A stretch of DNA of 50,643 nt, from contig JBKHBH010000006.1 in assembly GCA_046542505.1 (NCBI GenBank), forward strand, positions 1-50,643, in the 5' to 3' direction. This document shows, piece after piece, positions 9,060 through 17,712 of the stretch. The translations under genes were made by a program, and so were the position numbers. This DNA is from Thermovirgaceae bacterium. GTDB lineage: Bacteria > Synergistota > Synergistia > Synergistales > Thermovirgaceae. How positions within the stretch are numbered: position 1 is the stretch's first letter; each line of letters starts with the position of its first letter. Under the pieces are notes generated by a model. The model did not search any database. It was not told where the DNA came from and was given only the letters and a program-made list of their open reading frames with translations.

Positions 9060-10232
9060 TTACCCCTCCTGCCTGATAAGACCGTCCAGCTGGTCTGCCA
9101 TCCTGGGGTTGAGCCCCTCCAGGATTTCCTTCTGCTTTTCCGCGGATTTTTTGTCTCCCGAAAGGAGCGCGGCAACGCCGAGCCCGTAGTGAGGGTCTGC
9201 AAAATCCGGACTCAGCCTGATGGATTCCTCGAAGGCATCTGTTGCCTCTTCGAATCGGTCCAGTCCCACCAGTGCGAAGCCAAGACTATTGTATGCCTGG
9301 GGTGACGCGGGGTTAATTCCTACGGCTGTTTCCGCTGCTTCCATGGCTTTTTCATAATTTCCCATGGACACGAGCACCTGGGCAAGGTTGTTCCAGGCCG
9401 CAAAGGACTGGGGGTCCAATTCCGCAGCCCGCACAAGGGCGGTTTCTGCTTCGGGATAATTCCTGTTTCTGACCAGGGCAGTCCCGATCTGCAGATGAGC
9501 CGCGGGATCATCGGGGTTTTTCTCTATGTATTCCCGAAATATTTCTATCTCCTTTTCATGATTGCCGAGCAGTCCCCACGCAATCCCAAGATGGAAAAGG
9601 GCATCATCCATTTCGGGATCCAGCGACAACGCTTTTTCATAGGCATTGACAGCCTGCTCGTAACTGCCCGTGAGAGCGAGGGACCTCCCCTCGAGATAGT
9701 GAACCTGTGCCGAATCAGGGTCTTTTTCCTTGACCTCCCTGAAGATTTCCAAAGCTTCCTCGGGTTTCTCCCTCGCCAAAAGGACATTTCCCAGATTGAT
9801 CCTGGCCAGGTCGTATTCGGGGTCCACCTCGAGAGCTTCCCTGAACATTTCCTCCGCTTTTTCGATATTGCCCGTTTTCCACAAGGCATTCCCCAGGTTG
9901 TTGTACCCGCCTGGGAAATCCGGTTTGAGGCGGATCACTTCCTCGTAGTGAGGGACAGATTCTTCGACCCTGTCGAGGTTCTCGAGAACGACGCCGATGT
10001 TGAAATGGACTTCCGGCTGTTCAGGTCGAAGCTCCAGTGCCTGGGTCAAAAGGTCAAGAGCTGACTCATACTCCCCCGCCTTGGCCTTTTCCACACCCTC
10101 CTGAATGAGAGACACGGGGTCCTGCTCGCTTGCTTCAGATGATGGTATGCCGGAAAACCCTTTTAAAATCAAGGCTAGTACGAGAGGGAAAACAATGATG
10201 TAACGTACAGCCGAAGGTCCATTTACTCTCAA
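9060..10232 (-). CDS. Exported/membrane-anchored tetratricopeptide repeat protein
   Basis: N-terminal hydrophobic segment followed by about nine to ten 34-aa repeats (e.g. GYNNLGNALWKTGNIEKAEEMFREALEVDP). Confidence 0.9.
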   Translation of the reverse strand: MRVNGPSAVRYIIVFPLVLALILKGFSGIPSSEASEQDPVSLIQEGVEKAKAGEYESALDLLTQALELRPEQPEVHFNIGVVLENLDRVEESVPHYEEVIRLKPDFPGGYNNLGNALWKTGNIEKAEEMFREALEVDPEYDLARINLGNVLLAREKPEEALEIFREVKEKDPDSAQVHYLEGRSLALTGSYEQAVNAYEKALSLDPEMDDALFHLGIAWGLLGNHEKEIEIFREYIEKNPDDPAAHLQIGTALVRNRNYPEAETALVRAAELDPQSFAAWNNLAQVLVSMGNYEKAMEAAETAVGINPASPQAYNSLGFALVGLDRFEEATDAFEESIRLSPDFADPHYGLGVAALLSGDKKSAEKQKEILEGLNPRMADQLDGLIRQEG

Positions 10233-10420
10233 AATAAGCAGCCCCTTTCAACTCCCGTCTCAAATCCCCGAAACTGTGGTTCTTCCTTTTCAAGATATCA
10301 TACCGGAAGAGCCGAAAATCCGCCTCCGGCAAATGGCCTATATTTTTGATGGATGCCAACGTCATGGGATTTCCTTCGTCCATGAGGTATTCTTTTGTGG
10401 AAATGGAGGGAATACCATTT

Positions 10421-10741
10421 ATGGACACCCGAAAGAAACAGGGGAACGGAGAACCACCATCACCCGAAAAAGAGCTCACTCTGCGGAATCGGCTCGCCAT
10501 AGGGCGCTCCTGCATGGCCAACGAGAGGACCTTTCTGGCCTACGTGAGAACGGCCCTTGCCCTGGCCTTTACCGGCGCAGGCATCATCGGCTATTTCCAT
10601 TCAAGACCGGCCTTCTGGGGAGGCCTTCTTTTGGTCGGTGCGGCTTGCCTTACGGGTTTGACGGGATTTCGTCATTTCCTGTCCATGAAGTCCAAAATCC
10701 GCTCGGCTGAAGAGGGCGAACCTCCTTACTCCGATGACTGA
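10421..10741 (+). CDS. DUF202 (YidH-like) small membrane protein
   Basis: RSCMANERTFLAYVRTALAL signature plus two TM helices; start at ATG 10421 after GGAGG. Confidence 0.85.
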   Translation: MDTRKKQGNGEPPSPEKELTLRNRLAIGRSCMANERTFLAYVRTALALAFTGAGIIGYFHSRPAFWGGLLLVGAACLTGLTGFRHFLSMKSKIRSAEEGEPPYSDD

Positions 10742-10763
10742 CCCGGCGGCTGGCGATTTTTCT

Positions 10764-11363
10764 TTACTCCATGTCCGCGGCATCTGAAAGAGGAAGGTCC
10801 CAACGTTCCTCGACGATATCCCGGCCCCAGAGAAAATGCGACTTCGTCTCCACCAGGGTGAAGTCGTAGATTTCGTAAAGGTGCCGCGCAGCCGAGAGTT
10901 CACCCACTGTCCACAGGAAAACCCGGTCGTAGCCCCTTTCGCGGCAATACGCAAGGGCCGTCTCCATCAGGGCTTTCCCGAGCCCTATGCCCCTGAAAGC
11001 GGGCTCGATGAGAAACCATCGCAATTGCGCCTCCACAGGTGAAACCTCTACGATGGCTATGGAGCCGACGACGGTCCCTCCGCAGTCGGCCACCCAGACC
11101 TCTCCTCGGCCTTTCAGGTCCCGTAGATACTGAACCATGCCCGCAAGCAAGTAGTATTCAAAGGTATCGTCGAATCCATACTCCTTTTTGTAAAGTACGC
11201 AATGCCGCCAGGTGATCCAGCCAAGTTCGCCGGGTCCGCAGGACCTGATAACCACCGACTCGGTAGTAGGACCTGAACCGCACAACCTGTCAAGGCTTCT
11301 TTCCATCTCTTTTCGCTTTTTTGCATCAAGGCTGCAGAGATCGAGAAAAACTTCTTCAGTCAT
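10764..11363 (-). CDS. GNAT family N-acetyltransferase
   Basis: AQLRWFLIEPAFRGIGLGKALM (motif A), LWTV..AARHLYEIYDF; GELGWITWRH..LYKKEYGFD is typical of the GNAT half of MarR-GNAT fusions. Confidence 0.88.
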   Translation of the reverse strand: MTEEVFLDLCSLDAKKRKEMERSLDRLCGSGPTTESVVIRSCGPGELGWITWRHCVLYKKEYGFDDTFEYYLLAGMVQYLRDLKGRGEVWVADCGGTVVGSIAIVEVSPVEAQLRWFLIEPAFRGIGLGKALMETALAYCRERGYDRVFLWTVGELSAARHLYEIYDFTLVETKSHFLWGRDIVEERWDLPLSDAADME

Positions 11364-11602
11364 TTCGTCACTCCATTCTCTTCACCCGGCCAGGGTCATG
11401 CTGACAGGATACACCTCTCGCTCATGCCCCACAAACGGCAAAAAACCGAACCGGCCAAAACAAGAACCCGCAATGGCCCCGCGGCTCTCCTGGACGGCAA
11501 AATATCATTTCCGGCATAGCGGAAACACCGCCATATGTGCTATTCTCCAAGGCATCGGTCCTTTCGCCGTTATCCTTTCCGATCTGAAAGCGGGGTCATT
11601 CC

Positions 11603-12244
11603 TTGAAGAGTTTCCGGCGGCGTTTTACAAAACTTATGTTCGGGCTCATCCTCTTCGGTCTTGGTGTCGTCATGACCATGAAGGCCAATCTCGGGTTCGC
11701 TCCCTGGGACGTGTTTCACCAGGGAACGGCGAACGTTTTTGGAATTACCATTGGATCGGCCAGCATCGCCATCGGCCTGGTTATTTGTATTGTGGTTGCC
11801 CTGGCCGGCGAAAAACTCGGGCTCGGGACGATCCTGAACATGCTCGTCGTCGGCCTGGTTGTTGACGCAGCGCTTTTTTGGAGCATCATCCCTGCCATGA
11901 ACGGCCGGGTACAGGGGGTCGCCATGATGACAGCGGGATTTCTGGTCATCTCCCTGGCTTCATATTTTTACATAGACTCGGGCTTCGGTGCAGGGCCGAG
12001 GGACAGCCTCATGGTGGTTCTCGAGCGGAAAACGGGCCTCCCTGTAGGGGTTTGCCGCGCCATGGTCGAAGGCTCAGCTGTCTTTGTCGGCTGGATGCTC
12101 GGGGGACCGGTGGGAATCGGCACGGTCCTTGCCGCCTTCGGCATCGGATTGTGCATCCAGCTCGTCTTTTCCCTTCTCAGGTTCGAGACCACCCGCATCC
12201 GGCACGAAACCCTGCAGGCCACCTTCCGTCATTTCACCTCATGA
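11603..12244 (+). CDS. YczE/YyaS-family membrane protein
   Basis: ANLGFAPWDVFHQG, GLGTILN, GAGPRDSLM, LGGPVGIGT motifs. Confidence 0.88.
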   Translation: MKSFRRRFTKLMFGLILFGLGVVMTMKANLGFAPWDVFHQGTANVFGITIGSASIAIGLVICIVVALAGEKLGLGTILNMLVVGLVVDAALFWSIIPAMNGRVQGVAMMTAGFLVISLASYFYIDSGFGAGPRDSLMVVLERKTGLPVGVCRAMVEGSAVFVGWMLGGPVGIGTVLAAFGIGLCIQLVFSLLRFETTRIRHETLQATFRHFTS

Positions 12245-12254
12245 GCAATTCTTT

Positions 12255-12286
12255 AAAAAAGCGAGCCTCCCTGCAGGGAGGCTCGC
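12255..12286 (-). terminator. Intrinsic terminator for the C69 peptidase gene
   Basis: Perfect 26-bp palindrome GCGAGCCTCCCTGCAGGGAGGCTCGC at 12261-12286, with A6 on its left (a U-tail on the minus strand), between convergent genes. Confidence 0.8.
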
Positions 12287-12330
12287 AGCAGCCCTGAGTT
12301 TTACCACCGATCATCGCTGTCCGTAGGTGC

Positions 12331-13746
12331 CTAATCCTGGAACCAGGCTACCGTCTTGATTTCTGCGATGAGTTCCTTAGCCTTCGTGAATGCCTCCGAA
12401 GCAAGCTCATTGGAATATTCGGTCAAAAGCTTTTCTGCCCCTTCCTTCCCCCGGGTTTTGTACAGATCCAGGGCTTTTCCTTCCATTTCACCTCTGGAAG
12501 CCGCAATGCCCTTTTCGAAAGAAGACCAGGCTTCCTCTATCAGTGGGAAGGCATCACGATAATGCTGGTGGGCCAGCATCTTGAGTTCATAAAACGTCCA
12601 ATAGGCAGAGTCCGTTGAGAAGTGGTCCGTTCCGGTTGAATACTCGGCGGGAAATTCCCGTGTCCCGAGGTACCAGGGGATGAAAACACCTGTTTTCGGA
12701 GTATTCATGCACCACCACATGATGTGCCCGCCTTCTTGGGCCATGTCGGGTCTCAGTTCTGCAACGCTGCTTATTTCCGTGTTGAGCCGCGATATGGTGC
12801 GATGCTCGGTGACCCATGGGGAGCCCGTCTCAAGGCTGTATTGATAATAGAGGGTCCCCTCGTAGTTCCATCGCAGGATCTCCATCAAATCTTCCCTTGA
12901 AACTTTCGGCAATTTCTCCAGCCTGCCTTCGACGAGCTTGTGCCGGAGCGTGTTGTAGTCATCGAAGCACCAGGGGTCGCCATAGGCCTTCGAAAAATCA
13001 AAGGGGCCCTGTGCCGGGTCGTACCAGCCCTTTTCCAGGGCATGATCTACAATACCCGGAGAATGGAGAACGTTCTCATCATCCAGGTCCACGGGCCCAA
13101 TGCGATACCCGTTCGCCCTCATGGAAGCCTCGTCATCCCCCACGAGAACGGCTATCCATTGCCCGTCCCTGGCGATTTCTATCCACCATCCTTCTTCCGG
13201 ATCCGCGATGGCAAACATTGTTCCGGGATCGCCGCTGAGGTGCATCGTTTCGCAGAGCTCTCCCATGAGCTCGACGCCTTCTCTCGCCGTCTTCGCCCGT
13301 TCAAGGACAAGCTGGGTAAATTCCGTCCAGATCACTCCGCCTTCAATGGTGTCCCAGGCCGTTTCTTCGGGAACCTCTTTTGTCCAGGACATGTTGTTGG
13401 CGACGGTCACGCCCCATTCATTCACTCCCGTGGTGTAGTCACCGGGATAATATTCCTTGTCGAAAACCTTGGAGGCGATGTAACGCCATGTTTCAGGGGG
13501 CTGGGGAATGCGTCCTCCCGAATATTTTTTGTAGGAATCGCCCGGTGCGTGATTCTTCCTCCCCACAGCCACGAGGTGCTGTGCCGCGTTCCAGCCCAGT
13601 TCCTCGTTATGGGCGACCAATACATTGCCCGTCGCCGAACGTTCCTTCCCTACGATGATGGTCGTGCAGGCTGAAGCCGCCGCCACCCATAACGCAAGGG
13701 TCGCTACTATCGCAATGACATACAATCCTTTCCGTTTCCTCATCAT
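12331..13746 (-). CDS. Exported C69-family dipeptidase (Ntn hydrolase)
   Basis: Signal peptide ending ASA, directly followed by the nucleophile motif CTTIIVG; AHNEE, GVNEWGV, LERAKTAREGV, IADPEEGWWIE, DSAYWTF. Confidence 0.88.
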   Translation of the reverse strand: MMRKRKGLYVIAIVATLALWVAAASACTTIIVGKERSATGNVLVAHNEELGWNAAQHLVAVGRKNHAPGDSYKKYSGGRIPQPPETWRYIASKVFDKEYYPGDYTTGVNEWGVTVANNMSWTKEVPEETAWDTIEGGVIWTEFTQLVLERAKTAREGVELMGELCETMHLSGDPGTMFAIADPEEGWWIEIARDGQWIAVLVGDDEASMRANGYRIGPVDLDDENVLHSPGIVDHALEKGWYDPAQGPFDFSKAYGDPWCFDDYNTLRHKLVEGRLEKLPKVSREDLMEILRWNYEGTLYYQYSLETGSPWVTEHRTISRLNTEISSVAELRPDMAQEGGHIMWWCMNTPKTGVFIPWYLGTREFPAEYSTGTDHFSTDSAYWTFYELKMLAHQHYRDAFPLIEEAWSSFEKGIAASRGEMEGKALDLYKTRGKEGAEKLLTEYSNELASEAFTKAKELIAEIKTVAWFQD

Positions 13747-13808
13747 AAAACACCCTCTCTTTCCGACTTGACTCTTTTCTTTAAATAAAGCTTCATTCAG
13801 ACAAATTC

Positions 13809-13838
13809 CATATATCTCATTTCACATCGGGTTGTCAA
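13809..13838 (-). promoter_or_regulatory. Sigma70-type promoter for the dipeptidase
   Basis: Minus-strand TTGACA at 13833-13838, followed 17-18 nt later by ATATAT/TATATG. Confidence 0.5.
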
Positions 13839-13853
13839 AAAGGTGAGGGGTTC

Positions 13854-14030
13854 GCTTCACGATTCGGAAACGACTCTTTTGTTTCCTGAAGACGGGATAC
13901 AACTTGTCCGAAGTCCCAAGACGCATGCAGGCCAGCGTGTGCGGGTCCTGCACTCAGCCGACTTCGGACAAAAGCTGCACCTATTGCAGTCTTCTGCAAA
14001 GGGCAAAAAAGGATTCCTCTGAATTGAAGC
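13854..14030. ncRNA. Candidate ~177-nt rod-shaped structured RNA (6S-like architecture; strand unresolved)
   Basis: Nested inverted repeats: GCTTCA/TGAAGC at the ends, ATTC/GAAT, TTTTG/CAAAA, GAAGAC/GTCTTC, perfect 12-bp TTGTCCGAAGTC (13904-13915)/GACTTCGGACAA (13960-13971), TGCAGG/CCTGCA; asymmetric central bubble containing a CTGCA-CCTAT-TGCAG mini-hairpin. Confidence 0.4.
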
Positions 14031-14047
14031 TGCCATAGTAAATGAAT

Positions 14048-15205
14048 TTATTTTCCGTTACGGCTCTGCCTTTGCGAGACCATTTCAGCGAGATCCCGGG
14101 CATTTTGCACGGATCTGGCGTCGGCATCGTTGTTGAAATAGGCGCAGACGTCGAGGTCTCTTTCAAGATGCTCAGCGATCCAGTCGGCCCAGGGTTCGAG
14201 CTCCTCCCTGGTGTAAGACCACTGATACGGGCTGTCGCCGAGACCGTGAAAACGGAAATAGGCGAATTCCGCCGTTATCGGGGCATCTGGGGGAAGGCCC
14301 TTGCGGCTCACGCCCACGAAGGCAACCCGGTGCCGCAAGAGGATGTCCGCCGTCTCGTCCAAAAATTGCCACCACGAGTGATGCCGAAACTCGACGGCGT
14401 TCCGCCTGTGGGTCGGCAAGAGCCGGCAAAACCCGTCCAAAAGGGCCGCGTCAAAGCAAAGAGACGGCGGAAGCTGCCAAAGGAAACAGCCGAGTTGCGG
14501 CAAAAGAGCCGTACGCTCGAAAAATCGCTTCACTTCTTCCTCGCAGTTTTCCAGGCGCCGGTTATGGGTGATTCTCCTCGATCCTTTCGCGGCGAAGACA
14601 AACTGCGACGGGACCTTTTTTGCCCATGACCGCAGGATTTTTTCGCCTGGCAACCGGTAGAAGGACATGTTGATTTCCACCGTCGGGAAGGTGCGCGTGT
14701 AATATGAAAGCCAATCCCCGGATTTGAGGTCGGCCGGGTAGTATATCCCCTTCCAGGAATCGTAGGACCACCCGCTGCATCCGATCAGGCATCTCCTGCG
14801 GGAATCCTCCGGAGGCCAGGGGTTCCGGAGCCGCTCTTTGGCCCAGCGGTCCGTTTCGGATTCCCTTTTTTTGATGACATCTTTCCAGTCCTCCCTGTTC
14901 CGCACGTCCTGCGGCACGCCTTGCTTGTGGTGTTTCAGCTCCCTGTGGGCGATTTCGTGGAGCAAAAGGAACCTGAAGAGCTCCGAGGGCATGATGTCAC
15001 GGTTTCCCCATTGCCGGTAATAGTTTTCGGGGTCGAAGCTTTCGAGCATCTCGACCCATGCCGTTCCGCCGGAGCTTATGGTTATCCTGGCAAACATGTC
15101 TGCTCCAAGGTGTTTCCGAAAAACGAGATTTACCGACCATGCGGCGGCAAGCTCTTCGAGCCATTCTCTTTCGGCTTGTTCAAGAACGAGATGTTTTGCA
15201 CCCAT
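14048..15205 (-). CDS. DUF72 (YecE-like) protein with N-terminal HExxH (ImmA/IrrE-like) domain
   Basis: C-terminal ~245 aa carry IGCSGWSYDSWKGIYYP, TVEINMSFYRLP, LWQLPPS, AVEFRHHSW, YFRFHG, YFNND. N-terminal ~135 aa carry FLLLHEIAH..ESETDRWA. Confidence 0.85.
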   Translation of the reverse strand: MGAKHLVLEQAEREWLEELAAAWSVNLVFRKHLGADMFARITISSGGTAWVEMLESFDPENYYRQWGNRDIMPSELFRFLLLHEIAHRELKHHKQGVPQDVRNREDWKDVIKKRESETDRWAKERLRNPWPPEDSRRRCLIGCSGWSYDSWKGIYYPADLKSGDWLSYYTRTFPTVEINMSFYRLPGEKILRSWAKKVPSQFVFAAKGSRRITHNRRLENCEEEVKRFFERTALLPQLGCFLWQLPPSLCFDAALLDGFCRLLPTHRRNAVEFRHHSWWQFLDETADILLRHRVAFVGVSRKGLPPDAPITAEFAYFRFHGLGDSPYQWSYTREELEPWADWIAEHLERDLDVCAYFNNDADARSVQNARDLAEMVSQRQSRNGK

Positions 15206-15280
15206 GTCACAGACTTCATCCTTTCAAGAGAACGCTTGAGCAGTTGGCGTCCAAAGTACGATGGATTCTCTCACGCCCCT

Positions 15281-15613
15281 TTAGGCTTCCCGGAGGTTCC
15301 CGAAAAGGGCGAGCCACAGGCAGGGAGGATTTGAAGATGTCCAGGCAACGCGATGGCGGGTATGAGCCTCGATAAAGATCCAGTCTCCGGAAGCAAGCGG
15401 GAGTGTCTCGCCGGAAGCGTACTCCAGCAGGGCTTCGCCGGACAGGAGGGCGACCCATTCGTCCTCTTTTTGATCGTACCATTCCCCCAGAGGGGTCGCA
15501 TCGCCCCTCGAGATGATCCTCTCGACGCGGATGCCGGGAGCCTCAACCAGCGTTTCGAAAAACTCACCCGGAGAAAGGTCTTCGGGAATATCGTACAGGT
15601 TCCCGCCGTTCAT
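15281..15613 (-). CDS. Cupin domain protein
   Basis: GIRVERIISRG..WYDQKEDEWVALLSGEA..HTRHRVAWT..WLA; ATGA overlap with the upstream cyclase. Confidence 0.88.
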   Translation of the reverse strand: MNGGNLYDIPEDLSPGEFFETLVEAPGIRVERIISRGDATPLGEWYDQKEDEWVALLSGEALLEYASGETLPLASGDWIFIEAHTRHRVAWTSSNPPCLWLALFGNLREA

Positions 15614-17613
15614 TCTCCTCCGCCCTCGCTTCCGGCCCTTATGGATTTTCTTTTACGTTTCGCCTCATAAAGACGCAGGTCCGCGATCCTGACCAGCGAA
15701 TCCTCGTCAGTGCCGTCGCCCGGACAAGTGGCGACTCCAGAATCGACGATGGTCATGACTTTCTCCTCGCTCCAGGTCCTCTCCGCCATGTCGCTTTTTA
15801 TCCTTTCCATCATGACCTGCGCTTCTTCCCGTCCCGTTTCCGGCAAAAGGGCAATGAACTCGTCCCCGCCGTAGCGGAAGAAGGAATCCGAAGCCCTCAG
15901 GTTCGCGGAAAGGAAGCTGGAGACTTCGATGAGTACCTTGTCTCCCACTGTGTGGCCAAAGTGGTCATTGATGTCCTTGAAATCGGCGAGATCCATCATG
16001 ACGATGGAAAACTGCGTCTTGTACCGGGCGGTGCGATCGATCTCCTCCCTGAGTTTTTCATGCATACACCGCCGGTTCCACTGGCCCGTAAGAGGATCCT
16101 GAAGCGAACTCGCCATGGTCCTGTCCAGCAGTTCGTAATGAGCCCACAGGACACCGAGATGCCTCGCCAGGATTGTAAGACACCTGATGTCCTCTTTCTG
16201 GAAGGCGGCTGCCTTGCCGCTTTCTACGCAGAGCACCCCGTAAACCCGCTCACCGAAAATGATCGGGATATCCACTTCGGAGAAGGTCCTCTCGTCGAGA
16301 CACGCGTAATTTTCCGAGGCCCTGACATCGGGAACGTTGACCACCGATCTCGTCCTGACGGCCTGACCGCTGAGGCCTCCGCCACTTTCCCAGAGTTTTC
16401 TGCTGCGTTCCTCGAGAAACCCGGGCGTTGCGGCCTCGGGTCGGCTTGAGGACAGGATCCGGGTTTTCCCTGTTTTTTCATCAACCAGGGCATTGATTTC
16501 GACGAGGGAATATTTCGTCCTCTCCCTGAGTTGAAGGGCGATGCGGTTGCAGAGGGCCACTATGTCGGATTCCGACGCCGCGGCGGTGACGATGTCGTGA
16601 AGGGCTTCCATAAGATCCAGATCCCGTTCAAGTCTCCGAAAAAACTCGATGTTGTCGAGCACCACAGCTAGGTGACTGCAGAGGATCGACGCAAGCTGGA
16701 GGTCCTCCCTGCGGAAGGCATCCTTGTGATACTCGTCGAGGACAAGCACACCCCAGAAGGTCTCGCCGTATTTGATTGGAACGACCATTTCCGAACATGT
16801 TTTCTCGTCGTCAGGAAAGTAATCGGGGTCCTGGGTCACATCGTTGCTCAAAGCAGGCACTCCCGCCCGGAGGACCCGTCCTACGAGGCCCTTTCCCCCG
16901 CCAAGCAGCTCGTCGATGACATCCATGGAAAAGGACTTGCCGCGGCACGCGGCCAAAAACAGGGGACCGGACGGGACTTCCCGCAGGAACAGGGAGACCT
17001 TGTCATACCCGAGATTGCCGTAGATGGAACGTACGAAGTTTTCAATGATCTGAGACCTGTCTTTGGAGGAAAAAAGTTCAAGGGAAATATCGAGGAGCGT
17101 TCTGTTCTGGGTGTTCCGTTCCGAAAGGGTCTGAAGGCTGGCGGAAAAGCGTTCCTCCATTTTCATATGACTGATGGAGTTCCCAAGAATGCTCGCGATG
17201 AGCCTGCAAAAGAGCTTGTCTGCCTCCGAAAAACCCTCGGGCTTCGCCGTTTCCATCGCCAGAAGCCCCCAGCGCGTCCCTTTCGAAATTACGGGAACAA
17301 TCAGGGCATACCGGGACTCCGGCATACCCTGCTGATATCCTCTGGCACAGGGAAGCTCCACAATTCGGGATACACCCTTGTCCAGGACTCTCCACAGGAA
17401 ACCTCCGCCTTTTGAAAGATGGAAAACACCGGGTGGGTGTTTCGAGTAAGCAACGGCGTCAAGTCGGTCGCAACGGGCGTTCATGAGGTGAATCGACGCC
17501 GAGGAATGCTGCACCGAGTCCGTGAGCACATCGGCGACAGCCTGGCATGCATATGGGACAGACCGGACCTTTTCGATCCTGTTTATGAGATCAAGCAAAT
17601 CCGCTTCCCGCAT
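15610..17613 (-). CDS. GAF-GAF-GAF-GGDEF diguanylate cyclase
   Basis: Three GAF-like units; DPLTGQWNRR, MDLADFKDINDHFGHTVGD, RASD..RYGGDEF. Confidence 0.92.
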   Translation of the reverse strand: MREADLLDLINRIEKVRSVPYACQAVADVLTDSVQHSSASIHLMNARCDRLDAVAYSKHPPGVFHLSKGGGFLWRVLDKGVSRIVELPCARGYQQGMPESRYALIVPVISKGTRWGLLAMETAKPEGFSEADKLFCRLIASILGNSISHMKMEERFSASLQTLSERNTQNRTLLDISLELFSSKDRSQIIENFVRSIYGNLGYDKVSLFLREVPSGPLFLAACRGKSFSMDVIDELLGGGKGLVGRVLRAGVPALSNDVTQDPDYFPDDEKTCSEMVVPIKYGETFWGVLVLDEYHKDAFRREDLQLASILCSHLAVVLDNIEFFRRLERDLDLMEALHDIVTAAASESDIVALCNRIALQLRERTKYSLVEINALVDEKTGKTRILSSSRPEAATPGFLEERSRKLWESGGGLSGQAVRTRSVVNVPDVRASENYACLDERTFSEVDIPIIFGERVYGVLCVESGKAAAFQKEDIRCLTILARHLGVLWAHYELLDRTMASSLQDPLTGQWNRRCMHEKLREEIDRTARYKTQFSIVMMDLADFKDINDHFGHTVGDKVLIEVSSFLSANLRASDSFFRYGGDEFIALLPETGREEAQVMMERIKSDMAERTWSEEKVMTIVDSGVATCPGDGTDEDSLVRIADLRLYEAKRKRKSIRAGSEGGGE

Positions 17614-17712
17614 TGATTGTCCTCCAGAGTTGCCTCAAAACCGGTAACTTTGAGATTTTAGGTGCTCATTTTAGCATAAAGCTTTTATCTGCTATTGCAA
17701 CATAACAAGGAA

